This document shows positions 7,916-21,484 of a stretch of DNA of 64,000 nucleotides, one piece after another. Every line of letters begins with the position of its first letter. The stretch's first letter is position 1. This DNA comes from Candidatus Latescibacterota bacterium (GTDB lineage: Bacteria > Latescibacterota > UBA2968 > UBA8231), in contig OZ241889.1 in the NCBI GenBank assembly GCA_965203355.1, positions 2,720,001 to 2,784,000 of the forward strand, written 5' to 3'. A program made the position numbers and the translations under genes. Under the pieces are notes generated by a model that saw only the letters and a list, made by a program, of their open reading frames with translations, searched no databases and was not told the DNA's origin.

Positions 7916-8869
7916 TTGGATCCCCAAGTGCTCATCAGTATCTCGCAGCTTTCCCATGTCTATGCAGATACGCGGAAGAAAGCGGGCCATCGCGCCCTCC
8001 ACGCGATCGATCTCGACATCCACTATGGGGAGACGACGGCCCTGTTGGGGCCTAATGGCAGCGGTAAATCTACCCTCTTGCGCGCGCTAACCACCGCGCT
8101 GGTACCCACCTCGGGTGCCGTGCGGGTCGGCGGCGCGCTCTTGGGGCAAGATCCGTCGGCCGTGCGCCGTCAGTTGGGAGTCGTCTTTCAGAATCCCGCG
8201 CTCGATGGGAAAATGACAGTCGGCGAAAACTTGCGGATGGCGGGTTTGCTCTACGGCATGGGCCGAGGCGCTGTGCGCCAGCGCAGTCAACAGTTGCTGG
8301 AGGTTGTCGGCTTGTGGGAACGGCGCAACGAGCAGGTGGAGAAGCTGTCTGGAGGCATGCGGCGGCGCGTCGAATTGGCCAAGGCGCTGTTGCCAACACC
8401 GGCGATTCTCGTGCTCGACGAGCCGACAACGGGGTTGGATCCGGTGGCGCGCCAAGATTTCTGGAATCAAGTGGAAGCACTCAAAGCGGACGAGCAACTC
8501 ACGGTCGTGGTCTCGACCCACCTCTTGGACGAGGCTGAGTGTGCAGACCGAGTCGCCATTTTACACCAAGGACAATTGCTCGTCTGTGGCCCCCCAAGGG
8601 TCTTGCAACGCCAACTGGGGCGCGAAATTCTCACGCTGCGCAGCGACGATGCGGCCGCGCTGCAAGTTGCGCTGCACAGCGACATGGGCTTAGAGGGCCT
8701 AGTCGTCGATCAGGACTTGCGCATCCCGCTCAATGGCGACATCAGCCTCGACGAGGTATTCCAGCGCTTCGGTTCCCAGATCCGCTTGCTGTCTTTGGCT
8801 CCTCCGTCGCTCGACGATGTGTTCGTGCGCTACACGGGCCAGCACCTCGAGGAAGGAAATGCGGCTTGA
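7916..8869 (+). CDS. ABC-2 type exporter ATP-binding subunit (DrrA/NodI-like)
   Basis: GPNGSGKS Walker A, LSGGM signature, LVLDEPT Walker B, STH. Start placed at the TTG 7 nt after AGGAG (ORF track starts at 7802). Confidence 0.9.
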   Translation: MDPQVLISISQLSHVYADTRKKAGHRALHAIDLDIHYGETTALLGPNGSGKSTLLRALTTALVPTSGAVRVGGALLGQDPSAVRRQLGVVFQNPALDGKMTVGENLRMAGLLYGMGRGAVRQRSQQLLEVVGLWERRNEQVEKLSGGMRRRVELAKALLPTPAILVLDEPTTGLDPVARQDFWNQVEALKADEQLTVVVSTHLLDEAECADRVAILHQGQLLVCGPPRVLQRQLGREILTLRSDDAAALQVALHSDMGLEGLVVDQDLRIPLNGDISLDEVFQRFGSQIRLLSLAPPSLDDVFVRYTGQHLEEGNAA

Positions 8870-9630
8870 ACGGCGCGTGGATTCTGGCCCAGCGCGAAGT
8901 GCTGCGCTTTTTTCGCCAGCCTTCGCGGCTTTTGGGGAGCTTGGTGCAGCCGCTGATGCTGTGGTTTTTCATGGGCTCGGGTTTTGCCGACAGCTTCATC
9001 AGCGGAGGCAGCGAGCTGAGCTATAGAGAGTTTTTCTATCCGGGCATCGCGCTGATGCTCCTGCTCTTCGCGGCGATTTTTTCCACCATTACTCTCATTG
9101 AAGACCGCAGTGCTGGCTTTTTGCAAGGTGTGCTGGTAGCACCCGTGTCGCGTCTGAGTATAGCACTGGGCAAGCTGGTCGGTGGTACGCTCATTGCCTT
9201 GTTGCAGGTGCTCGTGTTTTTGTTGCTAACACCGGTGGCTGGCATTGCGTTATCAGTGGAGGTGATCTTGACGCTCTTGGCCCTCTGTGCGCTGATCGGC
9301 ATGGGCTTCACGGGTTTGGGCTTCATGGTCGCGTGGCAGTTGGATTCAGTCGCTGGCTACCACGCAGTAATGAGCGTTGTGCTCATCCCCTTGTGGTTTC
9401 TTTCCGGTGCGCTCTTTCCCATTGAAGGAGCGGCGCCTTGGCTCGAGTGGATAATGCAGTGCAATCCCGTGACCTATGCGCTAGTCGTTTTGCGCAAGGC
9501 GTTCTACGCGATGCCGACTCAACTGATAGCGGATGCAGCATTTGTGCGTGCCTTGCTGATCACCAGCGGTTGGACGGTGCTGACGACCGCTGGGGCCGCT
9601 TGGATGGTGGCCCGCAGCCGCGGCTCCTGA
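8866..9630 (+). CDS. ABC-2 type transporter permease
   Basis: REVLRFFRQPSR…YREFFYPG…FLSGALFP…NPVTY with six TM segments; the TTG start overlaps the ATPase stop. Confidence 0.9.
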   Translation: MNGAWILAQREVLRFFRQPSRLLGSLVQPLMLWFFMGSGFADSFISGGSELSYREFFYPGIALMLLLFAAIFSTITLIEDRSAGFLQGVLVAPVSRLSIALGKLVGGTLIALLQVLVFLLLTPVAGIALSVEVILTLLALCALIGMGFTGLGFMVAWQLDSVAGYHAVMSVVLIPLWFLSGALFPIEGAAPWLEWIMQCNPVTYALVVLRKAFYAMPTQLIADAAFVRALLITSGWTVLTTAGAAWMVARSRGS

Positions 9631-9632
9631 TC

Positions 9633-10046
9633 TCAGAGTTGGTAGAGCATTAGATAGACCACCACGCCGCTAACCGATACAAATATCCACACCGGCCAGA
9701 CCCAGCAAGCTAACCGACGATGGCGGGCGAAATCTTGGTTGTATGCGTGCCAGACGACAAGGGCCACAAAAGGAGCCATTAGCGCGGCGAGGAGCACGTG
9801 GGGTATGAGCACAGCGAAGTACAGGGGGCGGGTCCAGTCGTAGTGGGGATAGGGTACCGAACCTACCTGAACGTGGTAAACCAGATACGAACAAAGGAAG
9901 AGCGCGGAGCAGACGAGGGCAGCCAGCATGGACTTTTGGTGGGCTTGGCGTGCGCCGCGGCGGATCTGCCGGTAGCCTCGCACGAGCAAAAGCGCACACA
10001 AGGTATTGAGGCAGGCGTTTAGCGTGGGGAGATCTGTAACAGACAC
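9633..10046 (-). CDS. DUF420 family membrane protein
   Basis: LPTLNACLN…HQKSM…FLCSYLVYH…LIPHVLLA…HRRLA…PVWIFVSVSGVVVY. Confidence 0.85.
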   Translation of the reverse strand: MSVTDLPTLNACLNTLCALLLVRGYRQIRRGARQAHQKSMLAALVCSALFLCSYLVYHVQVGSVPYPHYDWTRPLYFAVLIPHVLLAALMAPFVALVVWHAYNQDFARHRRLACWVWPVWIFVSVSGVVVYLMLYQL

Positions 10047-10114
10047 AGGCTGCCGGAAAAGGGGACCAATGCAAACGCGAGCTGGCGACTAGTGCGCAAG
10101 CCCGCGTTGTGTCG

Positions 10115-10190
10115 TGGAGCCGCCACCCGGACTCGAACCGGGGACCTACTCATTACGAGTGAGTTGCTCTACCAGCTGAGCTATGGCGGC
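10115..10190 (-). tRNA. tRNA-Thr(CGT)
   Basis: Reverse complement GCCGCCATAGCTCAGCTGGTAGAGCAACTCACT-CGT-AATGAGTAGGTCCCCGGTTCGAGTCCGGGTGGCGGCTCCA; 76 nt, encoded CCA. Confidence 0.97.
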
Positions 10191-10259
10191 TATGCTGTGC
10201 AATAGAAACTAGGCGGAGCCAAGTACGGTGTCAAGAACAGCTTCGGTTCGCGCCGCCTA

Positions 10260-11480
10260 CTAAAAGAAATTGAACAGTTTGCCTATCGTATGGGCAAAGC
10301 CGTTGCGGGGCCGATCGGGGTCGTGCGGCCCGACGGGAGCGCAGTGTTCGGTATCGGTAGCGACAAAGCGCAACAGACCGATCGCGCTAGCATAGCTGGG
10401 GTTGCTGATCTCGGTGGGGGCGATCGCGTTTTGGGGGACGCCAATGCGGACGGGGTGGCCGAGCACCTCCTCGGCGAGTGGCGCGATCTGGTCCAGCAAG
10501 GCCCCGCCGCCGGTGAGGACGAGGCCAGCGGCTAAGCGGTCGTTGTAGGAACTGTTGACGAGGGCTTGGCGCACGTATTCAAAGATCTCGCGCTGCCGGG
10601 CTTCAATGACCGCGCTGATCTGCTGCTTAGTTAAGGTACAGGTGCGACCGGTGGTCGTGTGGTACGTGACGGTCTCGTCGCAGTCTTCCCCGGCACAGCT
10701 AACGCTGCCAAAGCGGCATTTGAGCTTCTCGGCCTCGCGGATGGGGATGCTCAAGACAATCGAGAGATCGCGCGTTATGTCATCGCCTCCTAGCGGAATT
10801 TCTTCTAGGTGCCGCATCGGACCTAGGAACATGGCCAGATCGCAGGTGCCCGCGCCGAGATCGAGCAGGGCCACACCCATATCGCGCTCGTCTTGGGACA
10901 AGGTGGCATGGGCCACGCCCACGCTTTCGAGGACGACGCCGACGATCTCAACGCCCGCTTTGGCAGCCGCGTGGCGGAAGGCTGTGCATAGATGCTCGGC
11001 CACGGAAACGGTCAACACTTCAATTGATAGGCGATTGCCGTGTAGCCAGAGCGGGTTTTGTACTGGCTCGCCATCGACGGCATAGCTCTGGACGAAGCGG
11101 TGCATCACCATCTGGTCCTCGGCGACCTGTTCTTGGGCAGCGGCGAGTAGAGCGCGGTCCCGATCCGCTTCGGAGATGGGGTTGGCGGAGCCGGAGATGC
11201 CCACCGTGCTGTAATTTGTCTGGGTGCTGATGCCGGCGCCGGCCATGCCGAGATAGGCCCCGGCGATTTTGAGGCCGGTCGAGCGCTCGGCTTCGGTGAT
11301 GGCTCGGTGGATGGACTCTGCTACTTGGGGCATGTCAATGACAGTGCTGCGGCGCAGACCCGTGCAGGGACTTTGCCCCAAGCCCAAAATTTTGACTTGG
11401 GAATTGTTTTGCACCTCGCCGACTAGGCATAGAACTTTTGAGGCACCAACATCGAGAACAACGACAGGGGATCCAGCCAT
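10260..11480 (-). CDS. ftsA: Cell division protein FtsA
   Basis: LDVGASKV, DERDMGVALLDLGAGT, GGDDITRDL, AEKLK, GLVLTGGGA, PVRIG, YASAIGL and a C-terminal amphipathic helix. Confidence 0.92.
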   Translation of the reverse strand: MAGSPVVVLDVGASKVLCLVGEVQNNSQVKILGLGQSPCTGLRRSTVIDMPQVAESIHRAITEAERSTGLKIAGAYLGMAGAGISTQTNYSTVGISGSANPISEADRDRALLAAAQEQVAEDQMVMHRFVQSYAVDGEPVQNPLWLHGNRLSIEVLTVSVAEHLCTAFRHAAAKAGVEIVGVVLESVGVAHATLSQDERDMGVALLDLGAGTCDLAMFLGPMRHLEEIPLGGDDITRDLSIVLSIPIREAEKLKCRFGSVSCAGEDCDETVTYHTTTGRTCTLTKQQISAVIEARQREIFEYVRQALVNSSYNDRLAAGLVLTGGGALLDQIAPLAEEVLGHPVRIGVPQNAIAPTEISNPSYASAIGLLRFVATDTEHCAPVGPHDPDRPRNGFAHTIGKLFNFF

Positions 11481-11827
11481 GGTTGGCGTACTTTCTTTCT
11501 AAGCACAGCCGCAAAATGCAGCGCAATAAGGCAAGAAGAGGACGTATTGGGAGGGGGAGAAAAGCTACCGCCTAGCGGCAACCATGGGGCACTCGGCCCC
11601 TAATTAACTGTGCTTACGGTGCCAGACAAAGGGGGAAGTCGGCTTACTGTAAACACTTTAATAGTTAAGGATATGGAAGAATAGGAAAGCCGTTGGAGAA
11701 AGTCAAGCCTGATGCGGGGCTAGGTCGGCCTTGACTGGGCTAAGGCTTGCGCCTAAGATAAGCAAAATTGCGAACACTAATGAGTGCGCTCGCGCTTGCG
11801 ACGCGCCCGCAGAAAGGAGCGAACACT

Positions 11828-12292
11828 ATGACTCGTGGGGTGAACAAAGTGATCTTAATCGGCAATTTGGGCAGCGATCCCGAAGTGCGCTACACGCCGG
11901 ACGGAGTGGCCGTAGCCAATTTTAACTTGGCCACCTCTGAAAGCTGGAACGACCGCAATACGGGCGAGCGCCAAGAGCGGACCGAATGGCATCGGCTCGT
12001 GCTCTGGCGCAAGCTGGCCGAGATCGCCGGGCAGTACCTCAAAAAGGGCGCGAAGATCTATGTCGAGGGCAAGCTACAGACTCGGTCTTGGGACGACCAG
12101 AGCGGCCAGAAGCGCTATACGACTGAGATTGTGGTCAACGACATGCAGATGCTCGATTCCCGCGGCGAGGCAGGCGGTGGCAGTGGTGGTAGAGATGCTG
12201 GCTACTCCGACCGGCCTGCCAGTGGGCAGCCCCCCCAGCCCGCTGCGCCGCCGCCGGGTCCGGGTGGCGACGACGACGATCTCCCGTTCTAA
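11828..12292 (+). CDS. ssb: Single-stranded DNA-binding protein
   Basis: [20 protein letters not shown]…TEWHR…YTTEIV, C-terminal DDDLPF; AAGGAG RBS. Confidence 0.98.
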   Translation: MTRGVNKVILIGNLGSDPEVRYTPDGVAVANFNLATSESWNDRNTGERQERTEWHRLVLWRKLAEIAGQYLKKGAKIYVEGKLQTRSWDDQSGQKRYTTEIVVNDMQMLDSRGEAGGGSGGRDAGYSDRPASGQPPQPAAPPPGPGGDDDDLPF

Positions 12293-12295
12293 AGT

Positions 12296-13142
12296 TTGGC
12301 CGGTAGTTTCTTCCACTTGTGGCTGGCCGAGCGGAGCTTTCCCTTAGTTTTTGGCGATTGCGCGGACGAAGGAAAGATGCGGGCGGCCTTTGCGGCCGGT
12401 TCCGTAGGCCCGGATATCGGCTTTTTCCCCGGTGGCCCGGCGGTCTTGTCGCACCGCGCACATCTGGAGCGCTGTGGCGATTTTTTGCGCGCTCTGATCC
12501 ACGGGGCCACCAGTGCTAACGAGCGGGCGTTTGCTGCGGGTTGGGGGCTGCACGTCTATGCGGATATGGCCGTACATCCTTGGGTTGAGGAGCGCGTGGC
12601 GGCCTTGCTCCGCGCGGGGACCCGGCCAGCCGTGCCTGATTTATGGCACATGCGTTTGGAATGGGGGATTGACTGTCGCTTGCTGGCTAGCGCGGGAATG
12701 GACGGATTGTGGTGTGCGCGCTTGCACTTTCCCCGCCGCGCTGATGGCCGCAGCTTGCTGGGGGAAGTGGGGCAGGTTTTCTACGGTCGGGATGCCGATG
12801 AGAGCCTGCTCGAACGAGGGGAGGAGGCCACCGCCCGGTGGCTGCAACGAATTCCCAAAATTCTCTGGTGGGGAGGCCACATCCGCGTGGCCGGACGCCG
12901 CCCTAATCCCTTGTGTAAGTTGGCGTTTGCTCATCTGGGGCGCAAGATCCTCGGAGATTGGCTCCAGCACTGGGTACGCTTTAAGGATGGTGCGGCTTTA
13001 GCCCGTCCGCAGTTGCCTTCAGACCAAGTCTACGAGCAGGTCGTCAAGCTGGGCGAATCGGCGGTGGAACGGTTTTGTCTCGGTTTTGACGAGGGCTTCG
13101 CCCAGTTGGGCAACCCAGATTTATATACAGGCAAAATAGGCG

Positions 13143-13150
<8 letters not shown>
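12296..13150 (+). CDS. Zinc-dependent phospholipase C/P1-nuclease fold protein
   Basis: N-terminal His (FFH), GSVGPD, GWGLHVYADMAVHP and HMRLEWGID zinc-ligand motifs. Confidence 0.75.
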
Positions 13151-17408
<4,258 letters not shown>

Positions 17409-17417
17409 GGGCGCCTT

Positions 17418-18530
17418 ATGGAACTGATGGACCTGCAAAAGGTGGGTTTGATCTTAAGCGGCGCGATCTACGTGGGCAGTGTCCTCTGGCTGTGGTGCGG
17501 CTTGAGCAGATGTCGCCTGGGTCCGGCTCTCGTGCGTGATCGCCTCTCCGTCAGTGCCATCGTCGCTGCACGCGACGAGGAAGCAACCTTGCCGCACTGC
17601 TTGGACGCTCTGGCTCGCCAGGACTATCAGGGAGCGTTTGAAGTGATCGTCGTTGATGACCGCTCGCACGACCGTACTTGGGAGCTCATTGCCGCAAAGA
17701 TGGAGACTTGGCCGGCTCTCAAGGGTGTGCAAGCCGCGCCAGATGGGCCGTTTAAGTGCCCGAAGAAAAGTGCGCTAGCTGAAGGAATTGCAGCGAGCAG
17801 TGGGGAGATTTTGCTCTTTACCGATGCCGATTGCCGCCCACCCGCAGATTGGGTTAGTTCGATGGTGGCGCACTTTGCGCCGGAGGTTGGCTTAGTCGCC
17901 GGGTACGCGTGCCCCGATCCGGTTTCTGGTGTGCTGAGCAAGGTCTTGGCTGTGGATAATATCGGAGTTGGGGCACTGGGGGCGGGGAGCTTTGGCATGG
18001 GGCACCCGCTGTCGTGTACGGGCCGCAATTTGGGCTATCGTCGCCAAGTGTACGACGAGTTGGGCGGCTTCGCGCAAATCGGGCATCTGATCGGGGGCGA
18101 CGATGTGTACTTCATGCGGTTGCTGAGTGCCCAGGGCCGGTGGGATATGGCGTTTAACCGCCAGACGGTCGTCCTCTCGCAGCCACCACCAGCCAAGCTC
18201 GCGGACGCAATCCAACAAAAGCTGCGGCACGCAGCCAAGGGAGGCCACTACAAGGGCCGTGCATTCTATTTGGCCCTTGGCGTCTATTTATTTCACGGCT
18301 TTCTCGCTTGGGGGCTGATACAGATGCTCTGGACTCAAAGCTGGGATGTCTGGGTCGCGGGTGTGTGGTTTACGCGCTGGGCCGTTGACTTGTTGCTGCT
18401 CAAGCGGATGGCCGTGCCCAAGGAGCGTCCGCTCCTGCGCTATTTGCCACTAGTGGAAGTTTTATATATTCCCTATGTGCTAATTTTTACGGTCGTCGGT
18501 CGTGGGGGATGGTTTCGCTGGAAAACCTGA
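17418..18530 (+). CDS. Membrane glycosyltransferase family 2
   Basis: VAARDEE, VVDDRS, KKSAL, FTDADC, GDD, QKLRH; N- and C-terminal TM; ends WK. Confidence 0.92.
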   Translation: MELMDLQKVGLILSGAIYVGSVLWLWCGLSRCRLGPALVRDRLSVSAIVAARDEEATLPHCLDALARQDYQGAFEVIVVDDRSHDRTWELIAAKMETWPALKGVQAAPDGPFKCPKKSALAEGIAASSGEILLFTDADCRPPADWVSSMVAHFAPEVGLVAGYACPDPVSGVLSKVLAVDNIGVGALGAGSFGMGHPLSCTGRNLGYRRQVYDELGGFAQIGHLIGGDDVYFMRLLSAQGRWDMAFNRQTVVLSQPPPAKLADAIQQKLRHAAKGGHYKGRAFYLALGVYLFHGFLAWGLIQMLWTQSWDVWVAGVWFTRWAVDLLLLKRMAVPKERPLLRYLPLVEVLYIPYVLIFTVVGRGGWFRWKT

Positions 18531-18543
18531 TAAAGGAGCTGAT

Positions 18544-19611
18544 TTGGCCTATCTGATCACGCCCAAAGCATTGCCGCGCTACGTTCGGCGCTACGCACAC
18601 GCATTTTCTTGGCAGCGGTTGGGCAATTTTCTAGCCGTTTTGGCGTCCATGGGGCTTTCGTGGCTGACCCGTCGGCCTATTGTGTGGGGGCGTCCTTTTA
18701 TGCTCATGGTCGAGCCGACCAACTTTTGCAACCTCAAGTGTCCTTTGTGTCCTTCGGGCAACGGCGAGATGCGCCGCCCGCGGGGCACTATGGGCTTGGA
18801 GGACTTCAAAAAGCTGGTTGACCAACTCGGCGATGAGGTCTTTATGATGATGCTGTGGAACCAAGGCGAGCCGTATATAAACAAGTGCTTCAACCAGATG
18901 GTGCGCTACGCCAGCGACCGCGGCATCTTCACCTTCACCAGCACTAACGGCCATTTCGTCCGCAACCTCGATCAGGCGCAGGCCATCGTCGAGTCTGGGC
19001 TAGATGAGATGATCGTCTCGTTGGATGGGGTTGATCAAGCCACGTACGAACGATATCGGGTCGGTGGTCAGATCGAGCGCGTATTTTCCGGGGTCCGCCT
19101 GCTGGTCGCAGCCAAAGAAGCGCTGAGGTCGCAGACGCCGCTGATCAACTTGCAATTCATCGTTATGAAGCACAACGAGCGCGATCTGGCCACGGCCGAA
19201 GCACTAGCCAAGGACCTGCGCGTTGACAAGTTCTTGGTCAAAACGGCCCAAGTTTACACGGCGGCGGACGCCGAGGCGTTTTTGCCCGAGGACGCACAGT
19301 ACAGCCGCTACGAACACGCGGCAGACGAGTTGGTAGTCAAAGGGCAGCCCCCGCGGGGTTGCAAGGTGCTGTGGTACAGCACGATGGTCAACTGGGATGG
19401 AGCGGTCGCGCCCTGCTGTTTCGACAAGGACGTTGACTTTGGCATGGGGCAGGCCTTCAACGGCCGCTCTTTTGACGAGATCTGGCGCAGCCGGGCCTAT
19501 ATGGACTTTCGCCGCCAGGTCTTGGCCAATCGCAATAGCTTCGACATGTGTCGCAACTGTTCCGAGGGCTATCGAGGCATGTTTTCGCTGATCAAGGAAA
19601 TCAAGGGCTAA
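18544..19611 (+). CDS. Radical SAM protein with SPASM/Twitch domain
   Basis: EPTNFCNLKCPLC, NQGEP, STNG, SLDG, C-terminal CKVLW…PCCFD…CRNC; TTG start after AAGGAG. Confidence 0.92.
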   Translation: MAYLITPKALPRYVRRYAHAFSWQRLGNFLAVLASMGLSWLTRRPIVWGRPFMLMVEPTNFCNLKCPLCPSGNGEMRRPRGTMGLEDFKKLVDQLGDEVFMMMLWNQGEPYINKCFNQMVRYASDRGIFTFTSTNGHFVRNLDQAQAIVESGLDEMIVSLDGVDQATYERYRVGGQIERVFSGVRLLVAAKEALRSQTPLINLQFIVMKHNERDLATAEALAKDLRVDKFLVKTAQVYTAADAEAFLPEDAQYSRYEHAADELVVKGQPPRGCKVLWYSTMVNWDGAVAPCCFDKDVDFGMGQAFNGRSFDEIWRSRAYMDFRRQVLANRNSFDMCRNCSEGYRGMFSLIKEIKG

Positions 19612-20813
19612 TGTCGGTGCTGTCCGCGCCCGAGTATCTCTTGGCGTTCTGTGCGCTGGCTTACTTGCTTGGGGCTTTGGGGTTCATCACCGGAGTGCGC
19701 CGCCGGCCCGGCCACGCCCCTACCGCGCCCATCCAGTTGCAGTTGGTTTCGGTCGTCGTCGCCGCTCGCGACGAAGCCGCGCCCATCGTTTGCTGTCTGC
19801 GCGCCTTGCTGGCGCAGGATTATCCCCGAGATCGCTACGAAATCATCGTCGTGGACGATGGCTCCACCGACGGCACGGGCCACATGGTACGCGAGTTCAG
19901 CAGGGAGACGGCGTCCGTGCGCTTGCTGAAAACCCAAGGGCCGGGTTCCAAGAAGGCCGCGCTCAGCTTGGGAATCGCCGAAGCGCGGGGAGAGGTGATT
20001 CTCACTACGGATGCCGACTGCCAGGTTGGTCCAGGATGGATCCGTGGCATGTTGTCGCACTTTGCCGACGGGGTGGGCATGGTCATTGGCTTTTCGCAGA
20101 TTGGTTCGCCATCCGAGATCAAGGGGTGGCGTCAGGGATACGAAGCGGTTGACTTCACCTGTTTGATGGCTTGCATCTGGGGCAGTACCGGTTGGGGGCA
20201 TTCCATGGCGGCTTCTGGGCAGAATTTGGCCTTTTTGCGGGAAGCGTTTTTCGCCGTTGGCGGCTATAAAAAGATCATGCACCGGGCCTCTGGAGATGAT
20301 GTGTTGCTCATGCAGGCTATGCGCCGCTCGGGCCGATGGTCCATTGTCTTTGCCGATCAGCCAGCGACCTTTGTGCGACATCCAGTGGCCACCTCTTGGG
20401 GCGAGTTATTTGGCCAGCGCAGCCGCTGGGCCTCCAATGCCCCGGTCCTCGCCCGCCTAGATCCGCTCTTTTTTGGTTACATGATGCTCACCTACGTTTT
20501 GAGTTGGGCGGTACTCATGGCTCCCTTGCTGTGCTTGGCCAACTTGCTGAATCCCTTGTGGGCCTTGGGCGCGGTAGGGGCGAAAGTGGGGGGCGAGTGG
20601 GGTGTATTTAGCCGTGGAATGTTGCTATCGGGTCGGCGCGAATTGCGCCGCTACTTTCCCCTTTGGGCCTTGGTGCAACCCCTACACGTAGTTTTGGTCG
20701 GCACCGTTGGTTGCTTGGGGATTTTTCGCTGGAAGGGCCGCGTCCACCTCTGGGGGCGGCGCGTACGCGGTGCCAGCACCAGCGTTGAGCTATCCGAGCC
20801 GTCCCGACGCTGA
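19611..20813 (+). CDS. Membrane glycosyltransferase family 2 (paralogue of 17418-18530)
   Basis: VAARDEA, VDDGSTD, TTDADC, SGDD, QRSRW; ATG overlaps the upstream stop. Confidence 0.92.
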   Translation: MSVLSAPEYLLAFCALAYLLGALGFITGVRRRPGHAPTAPIQLQLVSVVVAARDEAAPIVCCLRALLAQDYPRDRYEIIVVDDGSTDGTGHMVREFSRETASVRLLKTQGPGSKKAALSLGIAEARGEVILTTDADCQVGPGWIRGMLSHFADGVGMVIGFSQIGSPSEIKGWRQGYEAVDFTCLMACIWGSTGWGHSMAASGQNLAFLREAFFAVGGYKKIMHRASGDDVLLMQAMRRSGRWSIVFADQPATFVRHPVATSWGELFGQRSRWASNAPVLARLDPLFFGYMMLTYVLSWAVLMAPLLCLANLLNPLWALGAVGAKVGGEWGVFSRGMLLSGRRELRRYFPLWALVQPLHVVLVGTVGCLGIFRWKGRVHLWGRRVRGASTSVELSEPSRR

Positions 20814-20827
20814 GGAAGGAAGGCGAA

Positions 20828-21484
20828 GTGGAAGTGGGGGAACGCGAAGTCGAGCGGGCGCAGATCGTCTGTCGGGAACTCAAAAAAACCATTCCCAAAC
20901 CGAGAGTGGAACTCAACTATAACAACGCCTTGGAACTGATGGTGGCCACTGTGCTCGCGGCGCAGAGCACGGATGTCAAGGTCAACGAAGTCACCGCAGT
21001 GCTATTCAAAAAATATCAATGTGCAGCCGACTATGCGGAGGTAGAAGCCGAGGAATTGGAGGCAGATATCCACTCGACCGGTTTCTATCGGCAAAAGGCC
21101 AAAAATATCCGTGCGGCTATGGTGATGCTCATTGACGAGCACGACGGCCAAGTCCCCAAGCAAATGGACGCCTTGCTCCGCTTGCCCGGCATTGGACGCA
21201 AGAGTGCCAATGTCATTCTCGGTAACGTATATGGCGTACCCGGCATCGTGGTCGATACGCATGTGGGGCGGGTGAGTCGGCGTTTGGGGCTAACCGCCGA
21301 AACCGATCCAGTCAAGGTCGAAATGGTCTTGGCGCAGCTACTGTCGGTTGAGGAATGGACGGCTTTTGGCCAGCGCGTGGTTTTGCACGGTCGCTACGTG
21401 TGTAAGGCGTGCAAGCCCCGGTGCGACGAGTGCGTACTCATGCCGCATTGCGATTATTTTACCAGCCGGATCGCGGAGACTTAG
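20828..21484 (+). CDS. nth: Endonuclease III
   Basis: LAAQSTD, LPGIGRKSAN HhH, VDTHV, C-x6-C-x2-C-x5-C FeS motif. Confidence 0.97.
   Translation: MEVGEREVERAQIVCRELKKTIPKPRVELNYNNALELMVATVLAAQSTDVKVNEVTAVLFKKYQCAADYAEVEAEELEADIHSTGFYRQKAKNIRAAMVMLIDEHDGQVPKQMDALLRLPGIGRKSANVILGNVYGVPGIVVDTHVGRVSRRLGLTAETDPVKVEMVLAQLLSVEEWTAFGQRVVLHGRYVCKACKPRCDECVLMPHCDYFTSRIAET

Noticed and set aside
11540-11660. Known riboswitch upstream of ftsA
   Set aside because: Only small hairpins are present, and no riboswitch consensus was recognised by eye.
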